From NCBI RefSeq assembly GCF_009914755.1, contig NC_060929.1: a stretch of 64,000 bases of DNA. The stretch is one strand, 5' to 3'. A model generated the notes under the pieces. It was not told the DNA's origin. It saw only the letters and a list, made by a program, of their open reading frames with translations, and did no database searches. Positions 1-14,156 of the stretch are shown here, piece by piece (the first letter of the stretch is position 1; each line of letters starts with the position of its first letter). This stretch comes from the human T2T-CHM13v2.0 reference genome, Homo sapiens. The position numbers and the translations under genes are program-made.

Positions 1-305
1 ATGGATGCAGCTGGAGGCCATTATCCTAAGCAAGTTAATACAGAAACAGAAAACCAAATATCACATATTCTAACTTGAAAGTAGGTGCTAAACATCAGGT
101 ACTCATGGATATAAAGATGGAACAACAGACACAGGGGACTACAAGAGGGAGGGAGGAGACACAAGGGTTGAAAAACTAACTGTTGGGTACTATGCTCAGT
201 ACCTGGGTGAAGGAATCAGTCATACCCCGAACCTCAGCATCATGCAATATACCCAGGTAACAAACCTGCACACGTACCTCCTGAATCTAAAAATTGAAAA
301 AGAAA
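1..305 (+). mobile_element. L1 3' end (L1PB/late L1PA-type 3'UTR), continues from upstream of the window
   Basis: ATGGATGCAGCTGGAGGCCATTATCCTAAG...GTAACAAACCTGCACACGTACC...AATCTAAAA A-rich tail, typical L1 3'UTR. Confidence 0.9.
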
Positions 306-579
306 GCTAAGTGTGGCACTTGGTTCCTGGAGAGGGAGCAAGAAACCGGGAGAGGCAGGAAGCATGGGGAAATTTGGGGGACAGCACAGAAAGTCACTGA
401 AGAACCTAAACACAAGTACCTACTTTACAATTTTTCCAAAGAACAGCCCTAGTGCTATTTACTAAATCTACTTCTTTCCTCATTCCTTTAAGATTGGGCA
501 AGAAAGGAGATGAAGAGGAAGTAGCTTAACACAAATTGTCCAAATTAACCAACATTTTTGAATGCAAAAGTAAAGCTTG

Positions 580-1069
580 AGGGAGCTGCATGTGTCCCTG
601 GCTGGGTCTGAAAGGAAAACTGACAAAGCAACAAGAAAAAAGCATACAACTTTATTTAATACAAATTAAATGTGACATGGGAGCCTTTGTAAGGAAATGA
701 CCAAAAGGAACAGTTAAACCGGAGTTTTTAAAATTGTAGTTTCAATGAAGAATGGTGAGTCATGGAGAAATATGCTGGGTAAAGAGAGTGAATCTTATGT
801 CGTACACTGGGGGAAACTTAGCAAGGCCTTTTTTTTTTTTTTCCAGATTACTTTTTATATCTCTTTGTCTTCAGAGACAAGGATGATCCTTTCCTCCAGG
901 TAAAGGGAATACACCTCTCACATGAGGGTCTTTGGGAGGTCAGACCTCCCAAAGGAGGTTTTATGACCTGATTCAGGGGAGAAGGGCAAGGGGAAGGTGA
1001 GAGTGACCTTCCTGTTTCTGATGTTTTCTCAAATTCCTTCAGCCAAAAATATTCAGCCTGAACCCTATC
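580..1069 (-). mobile_element. ERV1 MER4-group solo LTR (MER72/MER93-like)
   Basis: Reverse complement begins TGATAGGGTTCAGG...GCTGAAGGAATTTGAGAAAAC; collinear with the related LTR at 2149-4559. Confidence 0.7.
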
Positions 1070-1079
1070 ATCATAAAAT

Positions 1080-1250
1080 TTAATTCTCCCAACAACTCTG
1101 TGGGAATAGATATGATTCCCTCAGCAACAGATGAAGGAAATGAGGCGGAAAGAGACTAAGTGAATCTATTATAAATATGCAGTTAACAAGTGATTGTGAT
1201 AGAAAACTCAAACTCTGTATTCTGACTCTAAAACCCATGTTCTTTCATCT
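1080..1250 (-). mobile_element. MIR SINE fragment
   Basis: Degenerate MIR core ACAGATGAAGGAAATGAGGC...AAGTGA...CTGACTCTAAA. Confidence 0.7.
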
Positions 1251-2217
1251 CACTTCAATTTCACAACCACAAGGCAGAGCTAGGTTCAGTCAACACTTCT
1301 CATTACATGATGTTGTTCCTCATCAGAGAACACCATCTCAGGCTTGCAGAAAGAACAGGGTACTTGAAGTGGAAAAGAAGACTATAGCTCCATGCAGAAC
1401 TTCCTCAATAATTAATTCCCCAGTGCCTTTAAGATGCTAAAGCAGATTTTTTACAAGAAGCCAGCATCTATTAAAGGTGAAGAAGAAGAAGTGTGCTCAG
1501 GAAAATTTTCATGTTTAAGAAACCCACCCTTCATTTTAAAACTAGGCTACTAGGAGAGGGAGAAAACTTCATTAAAAACTCTTTCTACCCCAGAGTGGGA
1601 AGAAAACCTCTATCAGATAGAAGAGAAAGAAGTAGATTCAAGGGCAGCTTAAAGAATTCCTCAGAGCCTCATCTGAAATTTTCAGCTTCTATTTTTACAG
1701 TCAGTCTGCCAAGAAAGAAAATAGGAAGTAAAAGAAAAATCAAATTACTTTGAAGCCTCTCATTTTAAAAAAAACCAACTAAGGTAATTAAGACTATAAA
1801 ACTGGCAAATGAAAGAATAATTTCTTCTTAAAATTCTCCTAAATAATTTTCCAGAACCCCTAAACTCTTCACAAAGACTCTTTAAGATCTGCAAAGCTAA
1901 AATGAATAAAATGGTAGAACTTACTTAAAAGCATAGTGTCTTGGGTCTTTAAGAGTAGGAGGAAATAAAAATACTCCTGGGGAGATTAGAGAAGCTCCAT
2001 GAAACATCTTAAAAACAAAGCCAGAAAAACTACAGGTAAATAAATAAAATAATGAAAGACAACACAAAGAGAATAATTTTAGTGGAAATAAAGAGTAAAT
2101 TTATGTAAAAATTTCCTAAGATGTTTGAGGATATGGATTACATCAATCTGACGTAGAAGAGGAAAGGTTTTGCTTAGCAATTTTAGGTGCCCTGGCTAGG
2201 TCTAAAAATCAAACTGA

Positions 2218-2395
2218 ACCTAATGTAGGTCACAGGTTGATGGGTGCAGCAAACCACTGTGTCACGTGTATACCTATGTAACAAACCTGCACATTCTGCT
2301 TAAAATATAATAAAATATATTAAACTTAAAACATTATATGTTATATATAATATATTAATAAATATATTAAACATATTAAACTTAAAATACAATTA
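2218..2395 (+). mobile_element. Very short 5'-truncated L1PA 3' end with AT-rich expansion
   Basis: ACCTAATGTAG...GGGTGCAGCAAACCAC...ACAAACCTGCAC; TSD AAAAATCAAACTGA (2204-2217) / AAAAAACAAACTGA (2396-2409). Confidence 0.85.
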
Positions 2396-2482
2396 AAAAA
2401 ACAAACTGATGAAGAGACATTAGTAGAAGGAAAGCATACAAATTCACTTAGTAAGTTTTACATGACAAGAGAGCCTTTATGA

Positions 2483-2816
<334 letters not shown>

Positions 2817-2967
2817 TGAATGTTTCTTTATAGTAGATTTCATGAAGTTAAATATGATGAGACAAAACGGGTGTAATCTAATGGTAATAAACTGCGGAAA
2901 ACTTAGCAAGGCCTCTTTGTTTAAATTCTTCTTGGCATCTTTGTGTCTCTGGAGATAAGGGGGCTCC

Positions 2968-4324
2968 AGGTTTGGATCATAATCTTGGAAGACACAATCC
3001 TGAACACCATAATTCTGAATGTTAAAATCCCAGAAGTTTAAAATCTCTGACATCCAAAATCCCCAAAATCACAATCACAGGATAGTTGCATCATGTTAGG
3101 CAGAGCTATTACCTTTTTATTGTCTTTGAAATTAAGTACGGTTTTAGGAGATGATTATGGGTGCCAAGTTGAGAAGAGGTGGACTTGTGGACTTAATTTT
3201 AGGCGTCAACTTGACTGAATTAAGGAATACCTGGAAACCTAGCAAAGAAATTTGCTATGCTATGTATATCATCTTAACATCATTTCCAATACTGGAGGTA
3301 TCAAGTATGTAGAGACTTTTGGAGAGTTCTCATTCGTTTTATGCATTTTTTTTTTCACAAATTTGACTGCATGAAAGTGTATTATCACAACACTTTGTGT
3401 GAAAGCACCTTGTATATACATAAAAATGTTGAAACTTCCTTAATAAATGAAGAGATGTTGTTTTGTACACATGCATTTGTGAAAGATAAAATTTCTGGAG
3501 ATGTTGGCTTTTGGGGCAACTGCATATGTGTTGGTCACCCATTGTAGTTTTTTTGTTTGTTCATTGTTGTTTTTTAGCAATGTGGTCTCACTCTGTTGCC
3601 CAGGCTGAAGAGCAGGAGTGCAGTGGCTAGATCACAGCTCACTAAAGCCTTGAACTGCTGGGCTCAAGGGATCCTTGCACTTCAGCCTCCCCAGTGGTTA
3701 GGACTACAGGAATGCGCTACCATGCCCAGCTAATTTTTAAATTTTTCATAGATACAGGGTCTCACTATGTTGCCTATGCTGATCTTGAACTCCTGGCCTC
3801 AAGGGATCCTGCTGCCTCAGACTCCCAGTGTTAGGACTACAGGTGTGAGCAACTGCACCTGGCCCCATCACAGTTTTTGATCAATCTTGTCAAAAGACTT
3901 AGGTTGTTGGTCATGGTATTTCAAATAACTGGAGTTACAAAGCAGTTTGCACACAACTAGCAACCATAGTAATATGTGTTTGTACAGTTCCCTTTTTGAC
4001 CTATTTCTTTATGAATATGGTTCATCTACCCATAACTGTTATACCTGTGCAACTGTGGTTAATGTACCTCAATGTTTATGCTTACAAAAATATGTATATT
4101 ATTATTGGCTATTTTAATGTGTCAAGTGGCCTATGAAGGGTTCTGTTACATTTTTATATATTTTTCAAATAAATTCCCTTTAAAAATGTAAATAAATATC
4201 TCTTAAAGAAATGTTTAAATGATTTTTTCCACACTTATATTTTCAGGATTATAATCACTTAGGATTTCAGCATTTGGGATTATGGCATTAAGGATTGTGT
4301 CATTCCAGATAATGATTGGCTCCT
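2968..4324 (+). mobile_element. Ricksha (MULE/MuDR-type non-autonomous DNA transposon)
   Basis: Long imperfect TIRs (AGGTTTGGATCATAATC...ACACAATCC / GGATTGTGTC...ATGATTGGCTCCT); degenerate 9-bp TSD GGGGGCTCC/GGATGCTCC. Confidence 0.8.
3548..3863 (-). mobile_element. Alu (AluJ-like) inside Ricksha
   Basis: GTCTCACTCTGTTGCCCAGGCTG...GTGAGCAACTGCACCTGGCC. Confidence 0.92.
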
Positions 4325-5200
4325 GGATGCTCCTTTCTTCCAGGTATAGGAGGACATCACTCACATGAGGGTCTTATGACCTGCTTCAGGAAAAGGTCAG
4401 AAAATCCTTCCTAGGTTTTATGACGTGCTTTAGGGGAGAGCGGTGGGAAAAGGTCAGAGAGACTTTCGTGATCCTTTAGTTTTCTCAAATTCTTTCAGTT
4501 TAAAATATACATCATACCAAGGCATCATATTTTGGGGTAGGATGTTCTGAGCCCCATCATTGACCTTTTAAACTAAGCTACTGAAAGGGCAACAGGCCTC
4601 AGAGCTGGTACAACACGAGAAAAAAGTTCAGAGAAGTTACAGTAAATAAGTAGAGAGAAAGAAAGGTCTTCATGCAAGATTTTCTAAACCATTTCCAAGT
4701 ACCTTCAATAATTAAGATAAAATACTTCAGAGGGTAAAAAAGAAATGTTGGAGAAAGAAAAAGAAGTATTAAATAAATTACTCTATCAAAATTACAGGTT
4801 TTCTAAATGTACTGTGGTATTGAAATCTAAATGCCTCAAGAAAAGAGTTTTTTTCAATGTAAAGATTTTGTAAATGCATTAATTTAGTATTAAAAAATCA
4901 ATTTTAGGGCTTTGTGACTAAGTAACTAGAGGAAAAGAAGAATCAATTTCTCTTATTTAGCTAACTCATCAGTGTAGGTAATTGATTTTCAACTATGATC
5001 TCATATGAAGGAATTTAAAATGCACACACATGCACACACACACACTCACTCCAGGCCAGAGATTTTGATGTAATTGATCTGGGGTAGGAATCTAGTAGTA
5101 TATTTTAAAATATCCCCTGCTGACATTTACCCTCATGTGTGTAGCCAGGGTAGAAATTCACTGAGTACAGAATTGAGGACATGCATTAAGAAACTTTTAA

Positions 5201-5604
<404 letters not shown>

Positions 5605-6748
5605 TCACTGGGACTGGTTGGACAGTGGGTGCAGCCCATGGAGAGCGAGCTGAAGCTGAGTGGGTAGTCACCTCACCCGGCTAGTACAAGGGGTTTGGGA
5701 ATTTGCTCTCCTACCCAAGGGAAGCCGTGAGTGACTGAGCCTGAGGAACTCTGGCACAGATACTGTGCTTGTCCCAAGATCTTTGCAATCTGCAAACCAG
5801 GAGATTCCCTGCGGTGCCTACCCCACTAGGGCCCTGGGTTTCAAGCAAAAAACTGGGCGGCCATTTGGGCAGACACCAAACTACCTGCAGGAGTTATATT
5901 TTTTTCCATACCCCAGTGGTGCCTGGAATGCCAGCGAGACAAAACCATTCACTCCCCTGGAAAGGGGTGCTGAAGCCAGGGAGCCAAGAGGTCTGGCTTG
6001 GTGGGTCCCACCTCCACAGAGCCCAGGAAACTAAAATCCACTGGCTTGAAATTCTTGCTGCCAGCACAGCAGCAGTCTGAGGTCAACCTGAGATGCTCAA
6101 GCTTGGTGGGGGGGAGGGGCATCAGCCATTGCTGAGGCTTGAGTAGGTGGTTTTATGCTCACAGTGTAAACAAAGCTGCTCAGAAGTTTGAACTGGGTTG
6201 CACCCACTGCAGCTCAGCCAGGCTGCTGTAGCCAGACTGCTAGATTCCTCCTCTCTGGGCAGGGCATCTCTGAAAAAAAGGTAGCAGCCCCAGTCTGGGA
6301 TTTATAGCAGACTTAAACATCCCTGCCTGATGGCTCGGAAGAGAGCAGCAGACCTCCCAGCACAGTGTTCAAGTTCTGCTAAGGGTCAGACTGCCTCCTC
6401 ATCTGGGTCCCTGACCCCCGTGTATCCTGACTGGGAGACACCTCCCACTAGAGGCTGACAGACACTTTGTACAGGAGAGCTCTGGTTGGCATCTGGCAGG
6501 TGCTCGTCTGGGACAAAGCTTCCAGAGGAAAGAACAGGCAGTAATCTTTGCCCTTCTGCAGCCTCCGCTGGTGATACCCAGGCAAACAGCGTCGGGAGTG
6601 GACCTCCAGCAAACTCCAGCAGACCGGCAGCAGAGGGTCCTGGCTGTTAGAAGGAAAACTAACAAACAGAAAGGAATAGCACATACACTCAAAGACCCCA
6701 TCCGAAGGTCACCAGCGTCAAAGACAAAAGGTAGATGAATCCACAAAG

Positions 6749-7770
6749 ATGGGGAGAAACCAGTGCAAAAAGGCTGAAAACACCAAAAACCAGAACACCT
6801 CTTCTCCTCCAAAAGATCACAACTCCTCGCCAACAAGGGAACAAAACTGGATGGAGAATGAGTTTGACAAGTTGACAGAAGTAGGCTTCAGAAGGGGGGT
6901 AATAACAAACTCATCCGAGCTATAGGAGCATGTTCTAACCCAATGCAAGGAAGCTGAGAACCTTGAAAAAAAGGTTAGATGAATTGCTAACTAGAATAAC
7001 CAGTGTAGAGAAGAACATACATGACCTGATGGAGCTGAAAAACACAGCACAGGAACTTTGTGAAGCATACACAAGTATAAATAGCCAAATTGATCAAGAT
7101 GAAGAAAGGATATCAGTGATTGAAGATCAACTTAATGAAAGAAAGAGAGAAGATTAGAGAAAAAAGAATAAAAAGGAATGAACAAAGCCTCCAAGAAATA
7201 TGGGACTATATGAAAAGACCAAATCTACGTTTGATTGGTGTACCTGAAAGTGACGAGGAGAATGGAACCAAGTTGGAAAACAAGCTTCAGGATATTATCC
7301 AGGAGAACTTCCCCAAACTAGCCAGACAGGCCAACATTCAAATTCAGGAAATACAGAGAACACCATAAAGATACTCCTCAAGAAGAGCAATCCCAAGACA
7401 CATAATCATCAGATTCACCAAGGTTGAAATGAAGGAAAAAATGTTAAGGGCAGCCAGAGAGAAAGGTTGGGTTACCCACAAAGGGAAGCCCATCAGACTA
7501 ACAGCAGATTTCTCAGAAGAAACCCTGCAAGCCAGAAGAGAGTGGGCGCCAATATTCAGCATTCTTTAAGAAAAGAATTTTCAACCCAGAATTTCATATC
7601 CAGCCAAACTAAGATTCATAAGTGAACTAGAAATAAAATCCTTTACAAACAAGCAAATGCTGAGAGATTTTATCACAACCAGGCCTGCCTTATGAGAGCT
7701 CCTGAAAGAAGCACTAAACTTGGAAAGGAACAACCAGTACCAGCCACTGCAAAAATATACCAAATTGTAA
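6749..7770 (+). pseudogene. Disrupted L1 ORF1p
   Basis: Fragments such as KRNEQSLQEIWDYMKRPNLRLIGVPE, split by stops/frameshifts. Confidence 0.93.
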
Positions 7771-9808
7771 AGAACATTGACACTATGAAGAAACTGCATC
7801 AAATAATGGGCAAAACAACCAGCTAGCATCATAATGACAGGATCAAATTCACACATAACAATATTAACCTTAAATGTAAATGGGCTAGATGCCCCAATTA
7901 AAAGAGAGAGACTGGCAAATTGGATAAAGAGTCAAGACCCATCAGTATGCTGTATTCAGGAGACCCATCTCATGTGCACAGACACACATAGGCTCAAAAT
8001 AAAGGGATGGAGGAATATTTACCAAGCAAATGGAAAGCAAAAAAAAAGCAGGAGTTGCAATCCTAATCTCTGATAAAACAGACTTTAAAACAAAAAGATC
8101 AAAAGAGACAAAGAAGGACATTGCATAATGGTAAAGGGATCAATGCAACAAAAAGAGCTAACAATCCTAAGTATATATGCACCCAATACAGGAGAACCCA
8201 GATTCACAAAGCAAGTTCTTAGAAACCCACAAAGAGACTGAGACTCGCATATAATAATAGTGGGAGACTTTAACATCACACTATCAATATTAGACAGATC
8301 AACAAGACAGAAAATTAACAAGGATATTCAGGACTTGAACTCAGCTCTGGACCAAGTGGATGTAATGGACATCTACAGAACTCCCCATGCCAGATCAACC
8401 GAATATATATTTTTTCTCAGCACCTCATCACACTTATTCTAAAATTGACCACATAATTGGAAGTAAAACACTCAGCAAATGCAAAAGAACGGAAATCACA
8501 ACAAACAGTCTCTCAGACCACAGTGCAATCAAATTAGAACTCAGGATTAAGAAATTCACTCAAAACCACACAACTACATGGAAACTGAACAACCTGTGCC
8601 TGAATGACTACTGGGCGAAGGCAGAAATAAAGATGTTCTTTGAAACCAATGAGAACAAAGACACAACATACCAGAATCTCTGACACGTTTAAAACAGCAT
8701 GTAGAGGGAAAATTATAGCAGTAAATGCCCACAAGAGAAAGCAGGAAGGATCTAAAATTGACACCCTAACATTAAAATTGAAAGAACTAGAGAAGCAACA
8801 GCAAACAAATTCAAAAGCTAGCAGAAGACAAGAAATAACTAAGATCAGAGCAGAAGTGAAGGAAATAGAGACATGAAAAACCCTTCAAAATATCAATGAA
8901 TCCAGGAGCTGTTTTTTTTTTTTTAAGATCAACAAAATAGATCAACCACTTGCCAGGCTAATAAAGAAGAGAGAGAAGAATCAAATAGATGCAATAAAAA
9001 ATAATATAGTGAATAATACCACTGATCCCATAGAAATAGAAACTACCATCAGAGCATACTATAAACACCTCTGCACAAATAAACTAGAAAATCTAGAAGA
9101 AATGGATAAATTCCTGGACACATACACCCTCCCAAATCTAAACCAGGAAGAAGTCGAATCCCTAAATAAACCAATAACAAGTTCTGAAATTGAGGCAGTA
9201 ATTAATAGCCTACCAACGAAAAAAATTCAAGGACCAGACGGATTCACAGTTGAATTCTACCAGAGGTACAAAGAGGAGCTGGTACCATTCCTTCTGAAAT
9301 TATTCCAAACAATAGATAAAGAGAGAATGCTCCCTAACTCATTTTATGAGGCCAGCATTATCCTGATACCAACACCTGGTACAGATACAACAACAACAAC
9401 AAATCAGGCCAATATCCCTGAGGAACATTGATGAGAAAATCCTCCATAAAATATCAGGAAACTGAATCCAGCAGCACATCAAAAAGCTTAACCACCACAA
9501 TGAAGTAGGCTTCATCCCTGGGATGCAAGGCTGGTTCAACATACGCAAATCAATAAATGTAATCCATCACATAAACAGAACCAATGACAAAAACCACAGG
9601 ATTATCTCAATAGATGCAGAAAAGGCCTTTGACAAAATTCAACAGCCCTTCATGCTAAAAATTCTCAATGAACTAGGTATTGATGGAATGTATTTGAAAA
9701 TAGTAAGAGCTATTTATGACAAACCCATAGCCAATATCATTCTGAATGAGCAAAAACTGTAAGCATTCTCTTTGAAAACCAGCACGAGACAAGGTTGCTC
9801 TCTCTCAC

Positions 9809-11133
9809 TGTGTCTGGAATTGGTGGGTTCTTGGTCTCACTGACTTCAAGAATGAAGCCGTGGACCCTCACGGTGAGTGTTACATACAATTCTTAAGGGT
9901 GGTGTGCCTGGAGTTTGTTCCTTCTGATGTTCGGATGTGTTCAGAGTTTCTTCCTTCTGGTGGGTTCGTGGTCTCGCTGGCTTCAGGAGTGAAACTGCAG
10001 ACCTTCACGTGAGTGTTACAGCTCATAAAGGCAGTGTGGACCCAAAGAGTGAGCAGTAGCAAGATTTATTGCAAAGACCAAAAGAACAAAGCTTCCACAC
10101 TGTGGAAGGGGACCCAAGCGGGTTGCCACTGCTGGCTCGGGCAGCCTGCTTTTATTCTCTTATCTGGCCCAACCCACATCCTGCTGATTGGTCTATTTTA
10201 CAGAGAGCCGATTGGTCTGTTTCACAGAGAGCTGATTGGTCCGTTTTGACAGGGTACTGATTGGTGCATTTACAATCCCTGAGCTAGACACAGAAGTTCT
10301 ATACATCCCCACTAGATTAGCTAGTTACAGAGTGTTGACACAAAGGTTCTCCAAGTCACCACCAGAGTAGCTAGATACAGAGTGTCAACTGGTGCATTCA
10401 CAAACCCTGAGCTAGACACAGGGTGCTGATTGGTGTGTTCACAAACCTTGAGCTAGATACAGAGTGCCAATTGGTGTATTTACAATCCCTTAGCTAGACA
10501 TAAAGGTTCTCCAAGTCCCCGCCAGACTCAGGAGCCCAGGTGGCTTCACCCAGTGGATCCCATACCGGGGCCACAGGTGGAGCTGCCTGCCAGTCCCGCA
10601 CTGTGCACCCGCACTTCTCAGCCCTTGGGTGGTTGATGGGACTGGGCGCTGTGGAGCGGGGGGCAGCGTCACTGGGGAGGCTCGGGCCATGCAGGAGCCC
10701 ACAGTGGGGCAAGGGGAGGCTCAGGCATGGCGGGCTGCAGGTCCCAAGCCCTGCCCTGCAGGGAGGCAGCTAAGGCCCGGCGAGAAATTGAGCACAGCAG
10801 CTGCTGGCCCAGGTGCTAAGCCCTTCACTGCCCGGGGCTTGCGGGCCGGCTGGCCACTCTGAGTGCAGGGCCCGCCAAGCCCACGCCCACCCAGAACTCA
10901 TGCTGGCCTGCAAGGGCCATGCGCAGCCCCGGTTCCCGCCCACGCCTCTCCCTCCACACCTCCCCGCAAGCCGAGGGAGCCAGCTCCACCCTCAGCCAGC
11001 CCACAGAAGGGCTCCCACAGTGCAGCGGTGGGCTGAAGGGCTCCTCAAGCATGGCCAGAATGGGTGCCAAGGCCGAGGAGGCACCGAGAGTGAGCAAGGG
11101 CTGTGAGGGCTGCCAGCACGCTGTCACCTCTCA
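9809..11133 (-). mobile_element. ERV9 solo LTR (LTR12C-like)
   Basis: Minus strand runs TGAGAGGTGACAGCGTGCTGG...AATTCCAGACACA; 4-bp TSD TCAC (9805-9808 / 11134-11137); tandem repeats carrying ATTGG. Confidence 0.96.
10120..10520 (-). promoter_or_regulatory. LTR12 U3 promoter: NF-Y CCAAT array, GATA site, AATAAAA TATA-like box
   Basis: Repeated GATTGG/AATTGG at 10186-10474; + strand TTTTATTCTCTTATCT reads AGATAAGAGAATAAAA on minus. Confidence 0.75.
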
Positions 11134-13442
11134 TCACTACTGCTATTCAACTTAGTATAGGAAGTTCTGGCCAGGGCAATCAGGCAAGAGAAAGAAATAA
11201 AGGGTATTCAAATAGTAAGAGAGAAAGTCAAATTGTGTCTATCTGCAGATGACATGACTGTATATTTAGAAAGCCCCATGGTGTCAGTCCACAATCTCCT
11301 TATGCTGATAAGCAACTTTAGCAATGTTTCAGGATACAAAATCAATGTGCAAAAATCACAAGCATTCCTATACACCAATAACAGACAAAGAGAGACAAAT
11401 CATGAGTGAACTCCCATTCACAATTGCTACTAAGAGAATAAAATACCTATGAATACAACTTACAAGGGATGTGAAGGACCTCTTCAAGGAGAACTAAAAG
11501 CCATTGCTCAAGGAAATAAAAGAGAACACAAAGAAATGGAAAAACATTCCATGCTTATGGATATGAAGAATCAATATTGTGAAAATAGCCATACTACCAA
11601 AGTAATTTATAGATTCAGTGCTATCACCATCAAGCTACCACTGACTTTCTTCACAAAATTGGAAAAAAAAACTACTTTAAACTTCATATGGAACCAAAAA
11701 AGAGCGTGCATAGCCAAGACAATCCTGGGCAAGAAGAACAAAGATGGAGGCATCATGCTACCTGACTTCAAACAATACTACAAGCCTACAGTAACCAAAA
11801 GAGCATGGTACTGGTACCAAAACAGATATATAGACCAATGGAACAGAACAGAGACCTCAGAAATAACACCACACATCTACAACCATCTGATCTTTGACAA
11901 ACCTGACAAAAGCAAGCAATGGGGAAAAGATTCCCTACTTAATAAATGGTGTTGGGAAAACTGGCCAGCCATATACAGAAAGCTGAGACTGGACCCCTTC
12001 CTCACACCTTATACAAAAATCAACTCAAGATGGATCAAAGATTTAAATGTAAGATGTACGACCGTAAAAATCCTAGAAGAAAATTTGTGCAATACCATTC
12101 AGGACATAGTTATGGACAAAGATTTCAGGTCTAAAACACCAAAAGCAATGGCAACAAAAGCCAAAATTGACAAATGGGATCTAATTAAACTAAAGAGCTT
12201 CTGCTCAGCAAAAGAAACTATCATCAGAGTGAACAAGCAACCTACAGAATGGGAGAAAATTGTTGCAATCTATCCATCTGACAAAAGGCTAATATCCAGA
12301 ATCTACAAAGAACTTAAACAAATTTACAAGAAAAAAAAAACCCGTCAAAAAATGGGCAAAGGATATGAACAGACACTTCTCAAAAGAAGACATTTATGCA
12401 GCCAACAGACATAGGAGAAAATGCTCATCATCACTGGTCATTAGAGAAATGCAAATCAAAACCACAATGAGATACCTTCTCACACCAGTTAGAATGGCTA
12501 TCATTAAAAAGTCAGGAAACAACAGATGCTGGAGAGGATGTGGTGAAATAGAAACACTTTTACACTGTTGGTGGGAGGGTAAATTAGTCTATCCATTGTG
12601 GAAGACAATATGGCGATTCCTCACAGATCTAGAACTAGAAATACCGTTTGAACCAGCAATCCCATTACTGGGTATATACCCAAAGGATTATAAATCATTC
12701 TACTATAAAGACACATTCACATGTATGTTTATTGCAGCACTATTCACAATAGTAAAGACTTGGAACCAATCCAAATGTCCATCGACAATAGACTGGATAA
12801 AGAAAATATGGCACATATACACCATGGAATACTATGCAGCCATAAAAAAGGATGAGTTCCTGTCTTTTGCAGGGACATGGATGAAGCTGGAAACCATCAT
12901 TCTCAGCAAACTATCACAAGAAAACCAAACACCGCATGTTCTCACTCATAAGTAGGAGTTGATCAATGAGAACACATGGACACAGGGAGGTGAACATCAC
13001 ACACCAGGGCCTGTCGGGAGGTGGGGGATCAAGGGAGGTATAACATTAGGAGAAATACCTAATGTAGATGATGGGTTGATGGGTGCAGCAAACCACCATG
13101 GCACATGTATACCTATATAACAAAACTGCATGTTCTGCACATGTACCCCAGAACTTAAAGTATAATAAAGAAAGAAAAAGAAACTCATTTTAACAAAAAA
13201 ATTTACTGTTGAATAGTAAAATATTTCAGCTTGCATTTTATTTTATTTTTATGTATTTTTTATTCACTTGTATCTTATAAACATTGTTGTATGATGAAGT
13301 AGAATTTTAAGATTAAAAATTACTATTGTAAATAATTTCACAGTGTCTGAAGTGTCTTCAACATTTATTTCGAAGGTTATGCTGCAAAGTCTTTTTGTGG
13401 CAGAAAGAAACATTATTTTTAATATTATTTACAAATTATTAC

Positions 13443-13737
<295 letters not shown>

Positions 13738-13919
13738 TAAAAAGTATTACGGATCCAAGTAATAGTTGATGTGATATCAGAAGTGTAGTCAGGAATTAAC
13801 TACACTGAGGGGTGAGGACCATAGCATGGGCAAAGGCCCTGAAGTAGGAGAGTGCATAGCCATAGAAGACACCAGAGGTGGTCCAAAAGGCAGGAAGAGA
13901 AAATGGTCAATATATTTAC

Positions 13920-14156
13920 CTCTGACTGGTCACAGTGGATTAGCTGTGTCCCTCTGTGGAAGGCCCCATCTACTGTCTATGTTATCTATCTCCTGGATTT
14001 ACCCCTCAGGCCTAGAGATTATAACCAATCTCTATGGTTACTATCCCTGGTATAGGAAATGATCCCTTGTTACTTTCCCAAACCCTACCCACACCTTAAA
14101 CTAGCCTCAAATTACCCAGTTTAAGGGTGTCATCTATTCCAAACAGGACTGATACA
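13920..14156 (+). mobile_element. Old ERVL-class LTR fragment (LTR41/LTR33-like)
   Basis: 3' terminus AAATTACCCAGTTT...CATCTATTCC...GACTGATACA. Confidence 0.4.

Larger units (their letters stand above)
7834..12955 (+). pseudogene. Disrupted L1 ORF2p (endonuclease/RT), split by LTR12C
   Basis: [46 protein letters not shown] in separate frames. Confidence 0.95.

Noticed and set aside
6399-6836. 145-aa antisense ORF over the L1 5'UTR
   Set aside because: Common by-product of L1PA sequence; no evidence it is ORF0 or translated
10180-10520. Regularly spaced repeats resembling a CRISPR-like array
   Set aside because: Known LTR12 U3 tandem units; no unique spacers or cas genes, and the context is eukaryotic
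10490-11155. Overlapping GC-rich ORFs / apparent CpG island gene
   Set aside because: Stop-poor LTR12C sequence
11449-12414. Longest ORF (321 aa) as a novel gene
   Set aside because: It is a frameshifted piece of L1 ORF2p
13006-13040. G-quadruplex-like G tracts
   Set aside because: Standard L1 3'UTR polypurine tract
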